From the NCBI GenBank assembly GCA_032718475.1, contig JAUCBJ010008829.1:62001-126000 (forward strand): DNA of 64,000 nt. Direction: 5' to 3'. The notes beneath the pieces were generated by a model, which was not told the origin of the DNA, did not search any database, and was given only the letters and a program-made list of their open reading frames with translations. The position numbers were made by a program, and so were the translations under genes. Origin of the DNA: Nemertoderma westbladi (Eukaryota > Animalia > Xenacoelomorpha). Below, one piece after another: positions 43,923 to 58,532 of this stretch; position 1 is the stretch's first letter, and each line of letters begins with the position of its first letter.

Positions 43923-46900
43923 CCTCCTGGACTCCGGTAGCACAGGAACATTCATCGATAAAGATCTAGCCGAGGACATCTTTGCTGGACAACCCAAGTT
44001 CCGAACCAAGCTAAAAATGTCAGGAATCATGCAGGTTTGGAAATCTACTGTAGCTGCCGACTATTATGTAGGTGCGTTGTCCACTCCACAGGATAAACTA
44101 GGAGAACACAGTATAAGGTCAGTAAAAATGGTAGCAATAAAGAACTTCGCTACCACCCAAGTGGAACCTTATAATTGGGATGAAGATGATCATGCCCAAC
44201 AACTTAACATCCCTAGATTAGACACCGATTATCCTGGAGTACAAATATTAATCGGTCAAAACACGCATGAGGCGCTGGAGACATTGGAGAAACGACCTGC
44301 TCAACCGCAACCACTTCAGACCTATGCGGTAAGAACTAGAGTAGGTTGGTACCTTACTGGACCTTCCCGTAGAACGCTCAGAGAAAGACTACCTCAAGAT
44401 CGCGTCTGCCAAGTGAGTGAATGGGAAGATGATACTAGTGAGGGAGACGATCCAACTGAGGGAACTCCATACTCCTCAGATAACGACGACGTCCACCAAC
44501 TCTTCGACGAGGAGAATACCATTGATCTCCTTAAGGAAAACGAGACTTGGCAAAACCAAGTGAACCTATGTCAACTCCTCCATCCATCAGAGCGAGAAGC
44601 GTATAATGACGAGCTAAATGACGTCATTGAACGTTATAATGCCAAGACTCGGGATGAACATGCCGTACGATTCTTTACGCAAGAGGCGGTAGAGCCCAAT
44701 TCCTACGATAAGGCCTTAGCGGTGGAAGAGGAAAGGGCCAAGCAGATCCAAGAGACAACTACACGTTTCCTCAAAGATCAAGGTAGGTATGAAATCGGTC
44801 TACCTTTCCGCAAGAGAGAACCGAAGTTCATCAATAACAGACCCTTGGCGGAGAAAAGAATCGCGCAACTCCATCGACGCCTTACGGCAAATTCTTCAGC
44901 TAAAGAAATGTATCAAACACAGCTGAAGAAATTTATCAGCAAGGGATATGCGGAGCGAGTACCGGAAGAAACACCTATAACTGAAAGAACGTATTACTTA
45001 ACTCACCATTACGTTCCCAAACCCGGTAAACCACATGAAGTGAGAGTAGTGTTTGATGGCTCCGCTCTCTACATGGGCCAATCCCTTAATTCTGAATTGT
45101 TACCCGGACCCAACTTACTTCAATCCTTGTTGGGAATTCTTTTAAGATTGAGACAATACTCAATCGCTTTCGCCTCAGATATAGAAGGCATGTTATTACA
45201 AGTCAAGGTGCTGGATAGGGATCGAGATAGCCTACGATTTCTGTGGTGGCCCGAAGGAGACCTCAACCAGAAACCGGTGGAGTACTGGATGACCATCCAG
45301 GCCTTTGGGATAATCTCAAGCCCTTCCAACGCCTGTTCAGTGGTGCGTACCACTGCGGATGACAACCGTGAAGCCTTCTCTAAGGAAGTGATTGACAACA
45401 TCAAGCGGGACATATACATGGACGATAATCTGAAGTCCCTTCCATCAGTTGAAGAAGCCATTGAGGTCAGTAAAGGAACGGTAGAGTGCTTAAAAAAGGG
45501 TGGATTTCGATTAACTAAATTCACCAGCAACTCCCGTGAGTTTCTGGAGTCAATCCCTGTAGAAGATCGAGGAGCGAAAGACCTAGATTTAATCAAGGAT
45601 GATCTTCCAGAAACCAAGACACTCGGCTTGAAATAGGACACAGAGAGAGATATCCTGTTTTTCCAGCTAAAACAGCGAGATAATCCAGTTCGAACCAAAC
45701 GGATTTGTTTAAGTATACTGAGCACTTATTTCGATCCATTGGGATTTATAAGCCCAGTTATATTGATTGCTCGGAGTTTGGTACAACAAATGTGGCTTGA
45801 AAACCACTCATGGGACGATCCACTTAAGGGAGAATTATTAAAGAAGTGGATGAAATGGGAAGATTCTCTGCCGGCCATCGAGGATTTTATAATTTCCCGT
45901 TCATATTTTGGTCATGTTCTCCCTACGTATTCCTATCAACTCCATGTGTTTGGAGATGCCAGCGATATGGGAATAGGTATAGTAGCCTACCTAAGAGTGG
46001 AAACTCCGGATGGAATCAAAGTCTCCTTGGTTACCTCTAAGGCATTAATCAACAATAAGTTGAAAGTTCCTCGAGCGGAGTTAAAGGCGGCTCTATACGC
46101 TACAGCCATCGGCCGGAATGTAACCGAACAGATCGATTATCCATTAGAGAAAACTGTCTATTGGACCGACGCTTTACTCGTGTTAGAGTATATAACCAAT
46201 GAAGTCTGTCAGTTCAGCGTCTTCGTTACCAACAGAGTAGCCATCATACATAGTCGCACGACGATGGATCAATGGAGACATTGCCCCGGAACGATTAATC
46301 CAGCAGACATCGCCTCCAGGGGAGCGACTCCACATGAATTGGTAAATACTCCAGAATGGTTAGGTGGACCCGACTTCCTCTACAAAGAAGAAGAAGAATG
46401 GCCTCCCCATCTTACAACCGCAGAGATTAGATAGGCCAAGGGAGCGGAGAAAGTTAAACCTAAAACTCGAGTGAGTAAATCGAAGTTATTTAAACCTACG
46501 GTCGATCTATCTGTATTACTTACTTCCGGAGATGACGCTTTGGATCAGAAGCCCACAGCCACAAATAAAGAGGTATTGGAAATCCGTGACAAGGATTGGA
46601 AATCTGGAATACCAGACATCTCGCAAGGACTCTCACCTCTACTTCAGAGAGCGATACATCACTACAGTTCCTGGAATCGGCTCTGTAAGGCCGTCACATA
46701 TTTAAAACGATGCTTTCATCATCATTACTCCAGGACGAAGACCAATAGTGATGCCGTTGTTAAAGATCTTCCCAAATACAAGATATCCGACAGGTTTCTA
46801 AAGGAGAAGATCAGTTACCAGGAGCATGAGGAAACCAACAAGCAGATACTGAGACTCCTACAATGCTATGAAGATTCCGATAAGTATTTCCTGTTGTTGA

Positions 46901-48273
46901 GAAATCCGCAGATGCGCTTAAGGGATCGTTTCTCTAGTACAATGATAGATGGGTTAATACGCGTTGGAGGACGGCTAACTAACGCGCCATTATCCTTTGA
47001 CACTAAGTTTCCCATACTCATTAGAAATCTTGACATACAAATCAAGATGATTGTAGACGTCCATAGCAAACTGTACCATGCTGGTAGAGAACGAGTTCTT
47101 AGCGAAATTCGAACTCGCTACTATTTTTATAAACCCTGTAGAGCTCTGAACCAAGTTCTTAGGAACTGCATACCCTGTAGGAAAGCATTCAGTAGGCCTT
47201 TAACACAGCGAGAGGCAGAATTACCTAGGGAACGAGTAAGCTTCTATGAACCACCCTTTACTAATACCGGTGTGGATTTATTTGGCCCCATTGAAGTATA
47301 TCGTGCCAGGACTATAGTCAAGAGATGGTGTGTCATCTTCGTTTGTATGACTTGTAGAGCTATCCATCTCGATATGGTGAACGATCTATCTACCAACAGC
47401 TTCGTGTTAAGTTTACGACGACAGATCGCTCGCTTCGGAACTAGTAACACGATGAGATCGGATAAGGGAACGAACTTCATTGGCGCCAACAACGAAATTC
47501 AAGCTTACGTAAAGGACTGGAACCAAAGACAGGTGGACGACCAACTAAAGGTGACAGCGTCTAGCTGGACCTTCAACGCCGCCGACGCCCCTTGGTGGGG
47601 AGGAAGTTGGGAGAGATTGATTAGGAGCGTGAAGACTGCATTCCACTTTATAGTGCCGTGTCGCGCTTATCTCACCGACGAACTCTTGCGGACGTTAATG
47701 GAGGAAATCGCCGCCTATCTCAACGAAAGACCGCTTATGCCAGTCTCTTCGAGTCCTGATTCCCTGGAAGCGCTAACACCCGCGCACTTTCTACTGAAGA
47801 AACCCATAGCCATGCTCCCACGATCGGAGATCACAGACGGAGACGAGTACTGCCGTCAAACTTGGCAACTTATGCAGTTGCTATCCCGTCGTTTCGCTGA
47901 CCATTTCGAGAAACATTATCTGCCCACTCTACAACTTCGAACTAAGTGGTTTGCGCAGCAAGAAAACGTCAGCGCTGGAGACATGGTGCTTATTGTGGAC
48001 CCCGATCTTCCACGTAAGCGATGGCAAACAGGTCGTATCATTGAGACACATATCTCGAGCGATGGTTTGGTGCGATCGGTAGAACTCGTCGTCATGCGGC
48101 GTAACTTCAAGAAACCGGGGATATTCTTTGAGACGCAACAGCTCAATCGCCCAGTGGGTCGTTTATGTTTACTGGAAAGAGACAGAGAACTCTCCGGAAA
48201 CTATGGAAGGCAAGATACTCTTCCCACGACCACCTCCCTAATTCAACCAACATCTAGGGGCTCCCCAACATAA
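43923..48273 (+). pseudogene. pol: B2 pol (PR-RT-RH-IN) with two in-frame stops (45634-45636, 46432-46434); start of PR at 35302-35371
   Basis: LLDSGS, VRVVFDGS, SDIEGM, YMDD, FDPLG, HVFGDAS, WTDA, NPADIASRG, TGVDLFGP, SDKGTNF, GGSWERL. Confidence 0.95.
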
Positions 48274-51200
48274 TATCGTTCGGAGTGGGCGTGTGACTAT
48301 ATTATTTTATATTCGTTTTCTTATTTTTATATTTATGTATGTATTACTATGTAATTTTGTTATAATCGTTTTCTTTAATTTTTATTTTAAGTAGAATATT
48401 ATTTAGTGATCATTTAGTAGAATAAGTGCAATATATTTGCGTTTATTACATACGTAATTACTTATATTATATACTTAGTGTGACGGCAAGAAATATTTCT
48501 TTCTCTTTCCTTACTGTCCGTATTATATTATAAATACGTAACTACAGTAAGATGAAATGTCCGTACTTATTAAAGTACAATAAAGCCACTACTATATTCA
48601 AGTATTATTGGTAGGCAGAGTATTAGGAATGCAAAGTTCAGATCCTCGTGTCTCGGCTAAACCAAGCTCTGGGTAGACCTTGGAAACGACTTGCCTCTTC
48701 ACACTGACATTGCTTTGTGCGATATTGCTCTCATACCATATATAATAATACATATAGTAGCGTGATGTCCCTACAACAGTAGCGTAAACCGCAAATAAAT
48801 CTGTTGAACCCTTTGACCATCTGTAATTCTAGTCGATTAAGATATCGTGGCACCCACCGATATACTTGAAAGACAAATTCTAGAATCAGTGGTTAACGTC
48901 CCCAGACAAGTTCTGGAATAAATTGGTGCCCATCTTAAATATTAATTATTTAATATTTACAAATCTATATCTAAAAATCTGTAAAATTCAGATCCTTTAA
49001 CAATTCTAGTCGATTAAGATATCGCAGCACTTACCGATACTCTTAAAAGACAATTTTCATAGAATTAAGGATCCTATGTCCCCAGAAATGTTCTGGAATC
49101 AAATCGTGTCAATTTTACTATTAAATAATAAAATTCACGGGAATAAATTTAAATTCATACCTTTCAATGAATTTAATAAATTGCCATTTTACGCAATTTA
49201 TAACATTCCCAAAATTCCATTAATTAATAGATCACGGGAGCGGAGATTTATCCTATCAAGCGTATTAGTGTGCGAGAATCTCCCAGACATAGTCAATAGC
49301 CGATAAAATTCATAAAGTCATGTATAAAAGGATATTGACCATTAAAGAATTACTATTAAATAACATCCCAGATCTGTATGCATTGGAATTACCCTAATTC
49401 TACCGCTAGCTTTGCATAATGTCACCATAGCAACACCCACGCTAGAATTAGAAGCGAGTTAAAAGAACAATAGAAAGCTTGCCCATTGAATAGCATAGGG
49501 AATAAATAGCACACTGCTAGTATCCCAGGATACATAATAATAACGTGAAATTCTGGAAGGCACTGACTAACGGACAAGTGGCCCGAGTGTGTGTAATTTG
49601 TGACAAGTTGTGTGTGTGGTATTTGTGAGTTTATAGGCGAATGTTACTACTAAGGTGTGTTTACAGTAGCAAGTTGCAATTGTGAAAGTAACCCTAACTC
49701 TCCAGTAAAAACCTGAAGTGTATCTAAGCCTTTGGGACAGACAGTGGAGTGACTCGTGCTAGTGTCGTTGTCATTGTGTGGCTACAACGTTGGTGAGGGC
49801 ACAGTGGCGACGATACGACGATACATCTGCGCTGAGGATCTTACACTTTCCGGGGGCTGATTGGGGTAGGCAGCGACGCTCGCTAGCCTAAATATAAACT
49901 CATTATAATATTAATAAACTCATATATAGCAGATATGACGGAGTTGATAGAAGATGGTCTTGGTATCAGGGAGCGATATACTCTACTTTCAAGCGTTTGT
50001 TGATAGCTTGATACGCGGTGATACTAGTCCAACTACTACGGAGGATGATGGTCGTTATATCGAACCGACGATTTCCTGGAAGCAACTTACGCGTGAATTG
50101 GACTATGGAAAATTCACCACTCGCTACACACATCGTAATGGTATGTATATGGACTTCTTAACCATTGGCCATTCTATCGATTTACACGATACGGACTATG
50201 TCGAACATATCCTACCCAGCGGAGTCGAAACGATAAACCGAAATTCGAATGCGAAAATCCTATTCGAAATCGACTCGAAAGAAAGACATTAAAGAAACAA
50301 ATAAACGCGGTAACTCCAACATATATTTGGAATTCTTGATAGAAGCATTGTAACAACAAATAAATATCATCCGCGTTTCCCCTACCAGACGTGCGTCTTT
50401 GATATTATTACGATAAATGCCCTAGACCCAACTAATAAACGGAAAGACATAAACATCCACGGAAACGTTGTGCTAAACACAGTTGTACTTGTTATATTTA
50501 CTGGAGTTTCGAACGAAGCTTATTCGACGTATCACCTACGCTCACTCGGCTCAAACAGTCCTTGAGTGAACCTTTGATCGGAGTTCCGGAATACTCGGTC
50601 AGACCACCTCGTTCTTGATTAGACCTCAGATTTTCGATTCTGATGGTATCACGGATCCTCACGGACTGTATTCACTGTTCCAAGATCTAGTGCTACCCTA
50701 ACAATTAATCGGTAACACTCCGACAGTGATCTCTAGCTATCCGCCCATCTTACCTAGCCGGATTGGGACGTGGACACCTAATATCACTATCCAACCGTAT
50801 GGTCGTCCCCGTTTAACGCAATACAACCCTTCATCAAGGTGAAGGAGAGCGTTGTACGAAACGAGTTAAACGCTACTCTATAAAGATCAAAAAAGAAACC
50901 TGCGTTTGTTCAGATAAACGTAAGTTATAACAGCAAGTCCAATCGATAAACGAATTGGCTTTATCTCAGTTCGATTGGGAAATCTCGAATCTCTAAGAAG
51001 ATATCGAGCTTAGAAAACCCTATTCTCTGCGAGAGTTTTGGACGAACGTATCCCATGACAAGCGGAGGAAAATCAGCTCGAGGAGAAGCATATCGAAATG
51101 GACGAGACACCGACCGTAAACCCAAACCTTCTAATGCAATTGTATTGCACCTTTTACCCAGGAGTTATAGCCTTCCTAGTAAAGTGGCTCGCCCCAAAGA

Positions 51201-51339
51201 GAAAAGGACTCTTGCTGGCCTCGGGAAACTGCGTGAACGCCGTCCGCGCAAGAAAAACTAACTGTTTAGAGTATCTTTATGTTTTAGAAACTGTGATTTT
51301 TATATTTTATAGACTGAAAATCCCATTTTCTGGGAGCGG

Positions 51340-52548
51340 TGTAAAAGCTTTTGCGGAATTGCCCGGTTATTTTTCCTTATTTTTCCCGTAAAATACTTTG
51401 TAGTTGGTTTAGTAGGCGTAAGAGGCCATATTATTGCTGTATCGGTGTTTTTTAGAGGACCTAAGAGCTATTTCTTCCGTATGTGTACTTTGGAAGACAT
51501 GGTTGGTGATTCTATGGCAATTCTATGACGCAAAATAGCTAGATCCTCTTGAAACAGTAGTTACTATGACGACGGTTAACAGCTGAGCTGTATACGTGTC
51601 AATTTTCTTTGTTCTACGGTGTCTCTTAGTTCAGTCAACCAATCAGAGCGTTTTTACTGCTCTTGTACAGAAATTTCCTAGAAATCACGCAATGCTTTAT
51701 GGGCAGTGTTTACATTCAGTCCTGAGCCCAAGAAAGAACGGCTTTTGGAATATCTGTGTTTTCAGCTCTTTAGCCCAACACTAGTAGGCTTAATTATAGG
51801 GACATATATCCGTTATCTTACTGACCTAACTCAACTGGGCAATGCATATATCTTATCGTACATACTTTTATATCGTTATACTGCTATTTACTGTCGGTTA
51901 TTCACTATATATGGTTGATGAAATATTATATTTGGAATAACGAGAAATAATCACGAAACCCCAATATTCTTGATATACCGAAGGTAAGAGAGACCGGTTA
52001 CATATAACGATTGCGACTTATGTTAAAGTGGTTTGAAGTGAATCTAATGTTATTTGATAGACCCTACATGAGTCGGTCTGTGTTCCTTTTATATGTGACT
52101 AAAATTAGTGAAGATCGGCAGATTGGTGTGCAGTATTGTGCAGCATTGTTTATGAGTGAGACTGATAACGAAGCATTTCCTAAAGAATGCGCCATATATG
52201 TGAATTATAACTAAGCCATATCGTTGTGTGTAGTTTAAGTCATAACTCTGTTTATATAGATAGAACGCCACGTCCTAAAGGAACTGTTAATATTCCCCGA
52301 AGGTGAATAATATTTGTCAGAGATTATATAATACGATCAGTCGAATAATACAGTAGGCTTACATAGCAATACGATTAAGCCGTCGAACCCAATCTCCCGG
52401 GTATATCAAGCGGGTGAATGATCACGCATAGATTGGTTTCGACTAGTGTAGTGAATCAAATATTTGTCATAGGCTAAAAGCGATTTATTATCTAGAAGAC
52501 ATCCTAATTTGGCGGGTTAAACTGCCAAAGGTCTTAAAAGCGCGAACA
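51340..52548 (+). repeat. 3' LTR of B2
   Basis: Matches 24994-26201, preceded by GGGAGCGG. Confidence 0.95.
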
Positions 52549-52689
52549 TACTGTATTATTGTATATTGTGTAGTGGTGGTGGTTGTCTATTGTGTGTGCT
52601 ATATATATATATATATGACCCTACCTACCGGTACTGATATATTCCTTATTATACTGACCTGAGCCTACATCCAACTTCACAACAGCTAC

Positions 52690-55600
52690 AAATGTCTTTA
52701 GTGCAATATTCTCGGCTGCAATATACACTAACACTAAGGATGCGTCCGTCCAATAAAATAATGTTAAGGTCGTGTCGAACTCCGCTATTATCTGCTTACT
52801 TACCTTGACCGAGACTACTGCCACCTGCAACTCTGCACGAGGGACAGTCATGTATTTGTTCTACTAACGGTTGTTGTGTTATAGGCTGTAATTCGTCGTG
52901 TCTATCCTTTGGCTTGTCACCACCTGAAAACTCATAGGACATGGGTACTCGTGTATACCAACCTAATATAGTCCTATGGGCATGTGGTCCATTTACATGC
53001 GGTTCAGCTGGTCTCGTTTCCCATATCTGGTGTGTGATCAACTGTTCTGCACCAATCAACATAGAAACAATCCTATAACCTACCTGGTGTCTGGGTACTC
53101 TAAGCTTGTCAAAATACTCCTGTGCTATGGGACTCATCGGTGGCACCTTACCTAACTGCCTGCCGAACCCCTTCATAGCTAGACACTTAAATCCGTCCAA
53201 TGGCAAAGCTCTTCGTTCTTGTTGAGTATGTTGGTCTCTTGGAAGTAAGGATTCTAATTCTACCGAAATTATGTGTCCCTTGAGGTCCCCTACCCCGTGC
53301 ATAGACTTCAACTCTATTTGGATCTCCTCGGCGTCCTGGAAGCTAGAAACAGCTCTCGCCACTTCCTCATCGATATAGGATAATGTGGACGCAGTGTCCA
53401 ACATCACATATATTCTTTTCAATCCCTTATCCCCAGTAAGTTTCACCGGAATCACGCTAAATATTTCCGACGTGGCCGATGATAAATACGTCCGCGCGCT
53501 TGTCGATGAACTATCCGCAGTGAAACCTTGGTAGGTCACTTCTCTTGCGCTCGACTCGCCATCCTCGTCCGACGAACCTGGTTGATAACCATCGTCCTGA
53601 ATGCTGGTGTACATATTTCTCCTTATCGATACGGGTTCTCTGCTCCCCTTCCTTTGAGGATTTCGCTGTAAGTAACGGTCCGTTGGGGTGTGGAAATCCG
53701 CATGTAGCAACTTGTGATGTAGTCTGCCGCATTCCATGCATCCATCCTTGCTGTTTGGGCACTGCCGCCGTACATGGCCTGGCGCAAGACATGCCCAACA
53801 GGTGTCCAACGTCCGCACTTGAACTCTTCTATGTTCCGAATTTAATTCTTTGAACCGTCTGCAACAATCTAACTTATGATCGTCAGATCTTACCTCCTTT
53901 AGCAAGCAGAATTGGCAACCTACAAATCCATCCGGCAACTCCTGTTGCTTTAACCTAGGTCTATCTAACCGCTCACCTGGCCATACTCGCGAGTCTGATC
54001 TAAAGGCTGGGGTACTCGAATTATATCTGTCTACTGAGTTAAATGTCACAGTGGTCCTGTCATTGTCAAAACTTACCATAGACTTACCGGTAACAGGTTT
54101 AGACTCCCTCATATTCTCCTCTGAGAAATTTGATTTCATCTCTGCTACTGCGTCTGTGGCTATCATGTCATGAATGTGTTGAAGTGTCAACACTTTACCT
54201 TGGCTCTCCAACTTATTCTCTAATTTGTGCCATTTCTGTCTGTAACGCATATTTAAACGTCTTATCACGCTCTTCAAAACTTCGGCGTGATCACCATGGT
54301 GAGGTAGATTCACCATCCTCAAGCTGCCCAATGCGTTCGAAATAGCGTTCGCTAAGTTCAACAGCTCTAACGGAGTTGTAATCCTTCTGCCCTTACCCAA
54401 GTCTTCCACTATCGACTGTGCCATCTTGGTTTTATTCCCATAGATGTTGCTAAGCGTCTTCATTGCTAACTCGAATGCTCTTTCATTGCCGACGAAGTTG
54501 TCAGCAATTGCTCTAGGTTCTCGATGGAGCATTTGAAGCAAATAGTTGAATTTCTCGTTGGGAGTAAAGGTGCTGTTGGTCAGCTGTTTGTCGACATAGG
54601 TTTTGAACGTCCTCCAGTACTTATGGTTGCCCATAAACTTCTGGGGTTGTTGCGTCGGCAGTCCTTGCCTAGCGGCAAACTTACCTATGTCTCTAAGGGT
54701 TGCGTCGTTCCGGGTTAACAAATGGTTTAGTTCCGCAGGGTTATTAAGTCTGGTCCTTTCCCGGTGGTTAAACTTACCTGCTCTGCGTCCGTCCTTCTTT
54801 CTTTATAGTTTCGGGACTTCTGACGTCTCATGTCTTCTTCTTCATCGCTTGATTCAGTGTCAGTCCTTAGCGCTCGCGATGGTTTGCGCGCCGAAGCCCT
54901 GACCCAAGCATCCTGAATAAACCTTTCCGCCGAATTTTCGAAATTAGGATTATGTATAGTTGGGACAGATGCCCTTACCTGAGGTCTATGTGGTATAGTT
55001 GCCTCCGATATACGTACTCGTTGACTAGGTTGGACTTTATCTGACTCAGGCCTGCTAGGATTTGAATTACTTCTTACCTGGGCTGCTTCCTTTAACCATA
55101 GGTTGCTAAGCATGTCCGTTATAGGTTGGATGTGCGGCGATATAGCTTGCGCTAAACTAGCACTTAACTCATCCCTCGTAATAAATTCCTGGCTAGGGTT
55201 CTGTTGTATAGTCGGCTCTATCTGAGTAATCCGCTGTCTCTCATATGATCCCTCTTTCGGTTTAACCCGTAAGTTATCCGTCAAACTGTGTCGGCGCTCC
55301 GTCCGCGTATTCCAAAAGCGCGGGTTCGGTTCGCCAAATACTCGTCCCGTTGGAGTTTCTCTAAACTCTTCGTTCTCGCGTTCGGTATGTAGTGGTGCGG
55401 TGTTCTGATGCCGTGGATTCTGCGCGATGGGTGGAGCACTAATACCAACTGGTGTGCGATATGTAGAGAACGGTTTAGCGATCCGAGTACTCGTAATAGC
55501 TGGACTGGGTATAGGAATTCCGGTCGTTGTCAACTCGCGTATAGTCGGAGTTCTCGCTTCCTGTTCGGCCTTCTGCAGTGCGAACAGTTCTCGCAACTCA

Positions 55601-57164
55601 GTCCCTACACTCGCCCCACATTCTTCGATCATTCGCATCCCCTTCTTGGAGATTTCATTCGCCTTCCTGGTCCATTCTTCACTCTCTAAATTTAATCTCG
55701 CACTTTCCAACTGCGCCAGTTTACGTTCTTCTTCTTCCCTCGCTCGTCTCGCTGCGCTCTCTTCTTCCACTCGCGCCTTATCTTCATACAACGCTTGTCG
55801 CTCTTTCTCGATCTCGAGTTCACGTTCCTTGCGTTCGCGTTCAAGTTCGAGTTCGCATTCCTTCTGTTCGCGTTCGAGCTGAAGTTCGCGTTCCTTCTGT
55901 TCGCGTTCAAGCTGGAGTTCGCATTCCTTGCGTTCGCGTTCAAGTCGGAGTTTGCGTTCCTTCTGTTTGCGTTCCGCTCGCTCACGCTTACCTTTATCTT
56001 CCAACTCTCGCAAATTCGTGTCTAACTTACGTGTGCGCTCCCGTTCCCGCTTGGCTTCCTTCCGTGCTTCCGATGCACGCAAAACTTCCGCCTGTTGTTC
56101 GTCCAGTCGGCGTCTTCTCCCCTCTGCCGAGTTGTGAGAAACAAGGGATCTAGCACATTCCCTCGCGCGTGACTAACCTGGGAATTGCCACTGCCTCTGG
56201 ATGCGTCGTCGGGTGGAGTTAACGTTCTCTGTTGGATATTGTCTGTCGTCGGTAGCACCTGACCCGGTACCACCACTCCACTCTGCATCAGCCAGCTGGT
56301 AACTTCCCGTTGATACCTGCGCTCCTCCTTATCCTGCATATCTTCTTGCTCCACTAAATTTCTCGACTCTGCGTCACTCACTTGAGTCGCCTGCGCTTGT
56401 GATGCCCATAGCAACCAGTTCTCCGTCCTAACTCGCCGAAATCGCTCAGATAACGCGTGGTGCTCTAGCAAGGCTGCTAAAACCCTGTCGTAAATCCTCG
56501 TCGCCACGTCGCTCGACTGAGACTCTACTGCCTTCGTTGCCAGGACTGCAAGCTCCTCTGTCTGCTAAAATAACGCTGAGTTGTATCTTCTTCTAATCTC
56601 TACTAACCCTTCTCTTCCAATGTTCGCTGAGTCGGCTAACATCTTCCTTACCTAGTCCGCCGTCCGGGTTATATGTCCGGCATGCGCGCGAAGTTTCTTC
56701 TTTATCGCGATATCAAGTTCTCTTTCGCTTACCTGACTCACACTTGGTGGACTTGAAGGATTATTCCGGGAACTACGGGTACTCCTTACAGCCGCTGGGA
56801 CCACAGCACTTACCATACCCACAGGTCTGGAAACCGGGCTCCGGGCTCTCGCTTTAGCTACACTACCCTCCCTATCACTCACCTCTGGCCGGGTTGCTGT
56901 ACAATCCTTCCTTACAGTAGCGGTAGGGGATCCTAATACTATTACCTCTGGTGGTTCTTCCTCACTAGTTACTGTCTCGTCCTCCTGTTCACTTACGTCA
57001 GCGTAGCTCGCTGTGTCGTCATAGTCAGCATTGTCATCAACAGTAATATTAACGCTATCGTCAGTCGGCGGTCCTGCCGCCATATCATAGCTGTCCTCTA
57101 GTGCCTCCTTGTCTGAGACACTCAGTCTAAATAATATTTGCCTTCCGGCCAAAAAATCTCGCAA
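52690..57164 (-). mobile_element. Old BEL/Pao element A: degenerate gag-protease joined by a deletion (~52860) to an RNase H fragment that continues at 9191-9237
   Basis: ORF pieces 56652-57164, 56022-56507, 54727-56082 and 52796-54721. Motifs KFMG...W..F, CWACLAPGH...C, CMECGRLHHKLLH, MLDTAS, PRAELQ, YWTDA. Confidence 0.88.
55795..55985 (-). repeat. ERE/REL coiled-coil coding repeats in element A gag
   Basis: Repeated ~33-bp units translating as LEREQKERELQ / LERERKECEL. Confidence 0.8.
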
Positions 57165-58486
57165 AATTCGAGATATATATAAAATTTAATCGAAATACGA
57201 TTAAATTATTTGTCAAATAATTAGTTGTCCAAATGTCAAAATAAATTTGCATGCAATATTGTGAATTTAATAGGATACGGTTATAGCAAATACCAATACA
57301 ATATTTAAACAAAAATATTATTCTTTAGCTATTATATAGCATTTAAATACTGGTATGACACAAAATAATTTTGAATCTAATACAAAATATTCAAAATGAA
57401 CTTGCCACCCAAATATTTCTAATTTTGCATATATAGCTCTAATCAACGCAATTTTAATTACAAATATTATATGTATCCACTAGAGCGTGGCTACATCTTT
57501 GGGCTGCGACTCTCTTTCTCTCTCTCTCTAACTCGAGCGATTCAAAAAACATGGTCGGCTAAACCTAACTATCCTAACTAATAAATCGAGTTCAGCTTCG
57601 CAGTTAAACAACCGGTAATTTTTTACTGCTTCCACAAACACAATGGTGCCAACAGAACAACTAACCTTGTTTGCTGTGAGATTCCACGTCCGCGTCCAAA
57701 GTTTCAGTCCTTTCGCTGATTGCAAAACAAACCCGCAGACCCACACAAACCCCAAACTCAGAATCTCCGCCTTACCATGTATCTCCAGATGGTATAAAAC
57801 AACTAAGCGGTTATCCAACATACCAGTGCAAAACTGTAGATTTTATTACAAAATTAATTTTTTGACCAAAACTGAATTCTCACAAACCTAGCTAAAATTT
57901 TCAAAAAACTAACTTACAGCTTGCCCTAACGGCCTAATGAACTGCTGTATTTGCGATTAGTAAATGCACTACTGTACATCCACTGTACACAGTACAGTAA
58001 GTAAAATAGTACACTAACCTAACAGCCTAATGAATACTGTATGTAGTACAGCAAAACAAATGTCTTTTCTACCGTAAGCAGTACAGCAAAACCAAACGTG
58101 CCTTACTGTTACGAACAAACTACCCGGCCTAACCAATAAAGACACAAACTGCTCTATTTATTAAACAGGGCAATCAGGAGCGTATAATTGCTAATGTAGG
58201 GCTGCGGAGTACAAAAACCACTACTTACCGTTGGATGGCGCTAATCTGCCGTCCGCTAATATATTTCCTAATTGTCTACGGCTCCTGCTAAATTCTCGTT
58301 CCTTTCTCTATCGATTACTCAATAGAGAGCTAACTGTTCGAATATATGAGCCAAACGGGAATAACCAAAACAACAAACCCAAATCGGCTCCCTAAGCTTA
58401 CTTAAAACGAGTGTGAGAGGCTCTACACTCCGAGTATATTCTTAAGGCCTAATTTGCTGTTAAAATGCGTTAACAATTATGTCTTT

Positions 58487-58532
58487 TCTAATCTAATCTA
58501 ATCTAATCTAATCTAATCTAATCTAATCTAAT
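58487..58532. repeat. (TCTAA)n microsatellite at the B3 insertion site
   Basis: About 9 copies of TCTAA immediately before the B3 LTR. Confidence 0.95.

Larger units (their letters stand above)
24994..52548 (+). mobile_element. BEL/Pao LTR element B2 (complete gag-pol), inserted in the Gypsy 3' LTR and hosting a LINE and element C
   Basis: LTRs at 24994-26201 and 51340-52548 (~1% divergent). TSD TACTG at 24989-24993 and 52549-52553. Confidence 0.95.
9238..52684 (+). mobile_element. Ty3/Gypsy (Mag-like) LTR retrotransposon G, host of B1 and B2
   Basis: 147-bp TG..CA LTRs at 9238-9384 and 24978-24993 plus 52554-52684. TSD GCTAC at 9233-9237 and 52685-52689. Domain order gag-PR-RT-RH-IN. Confidence 0.93.

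Noticed and set aside
58318-58345. Possible LTR end and PBS of element A (CGAACA on the minus strand)
   Set aside because: No second LTR or complementary site lies within the window to confirm it.
58487-58532. Telomeric repeat
   Set aside because: (TTAGA)n differs from TTAGG and TTAGGG, and the tract is short and interstitial.
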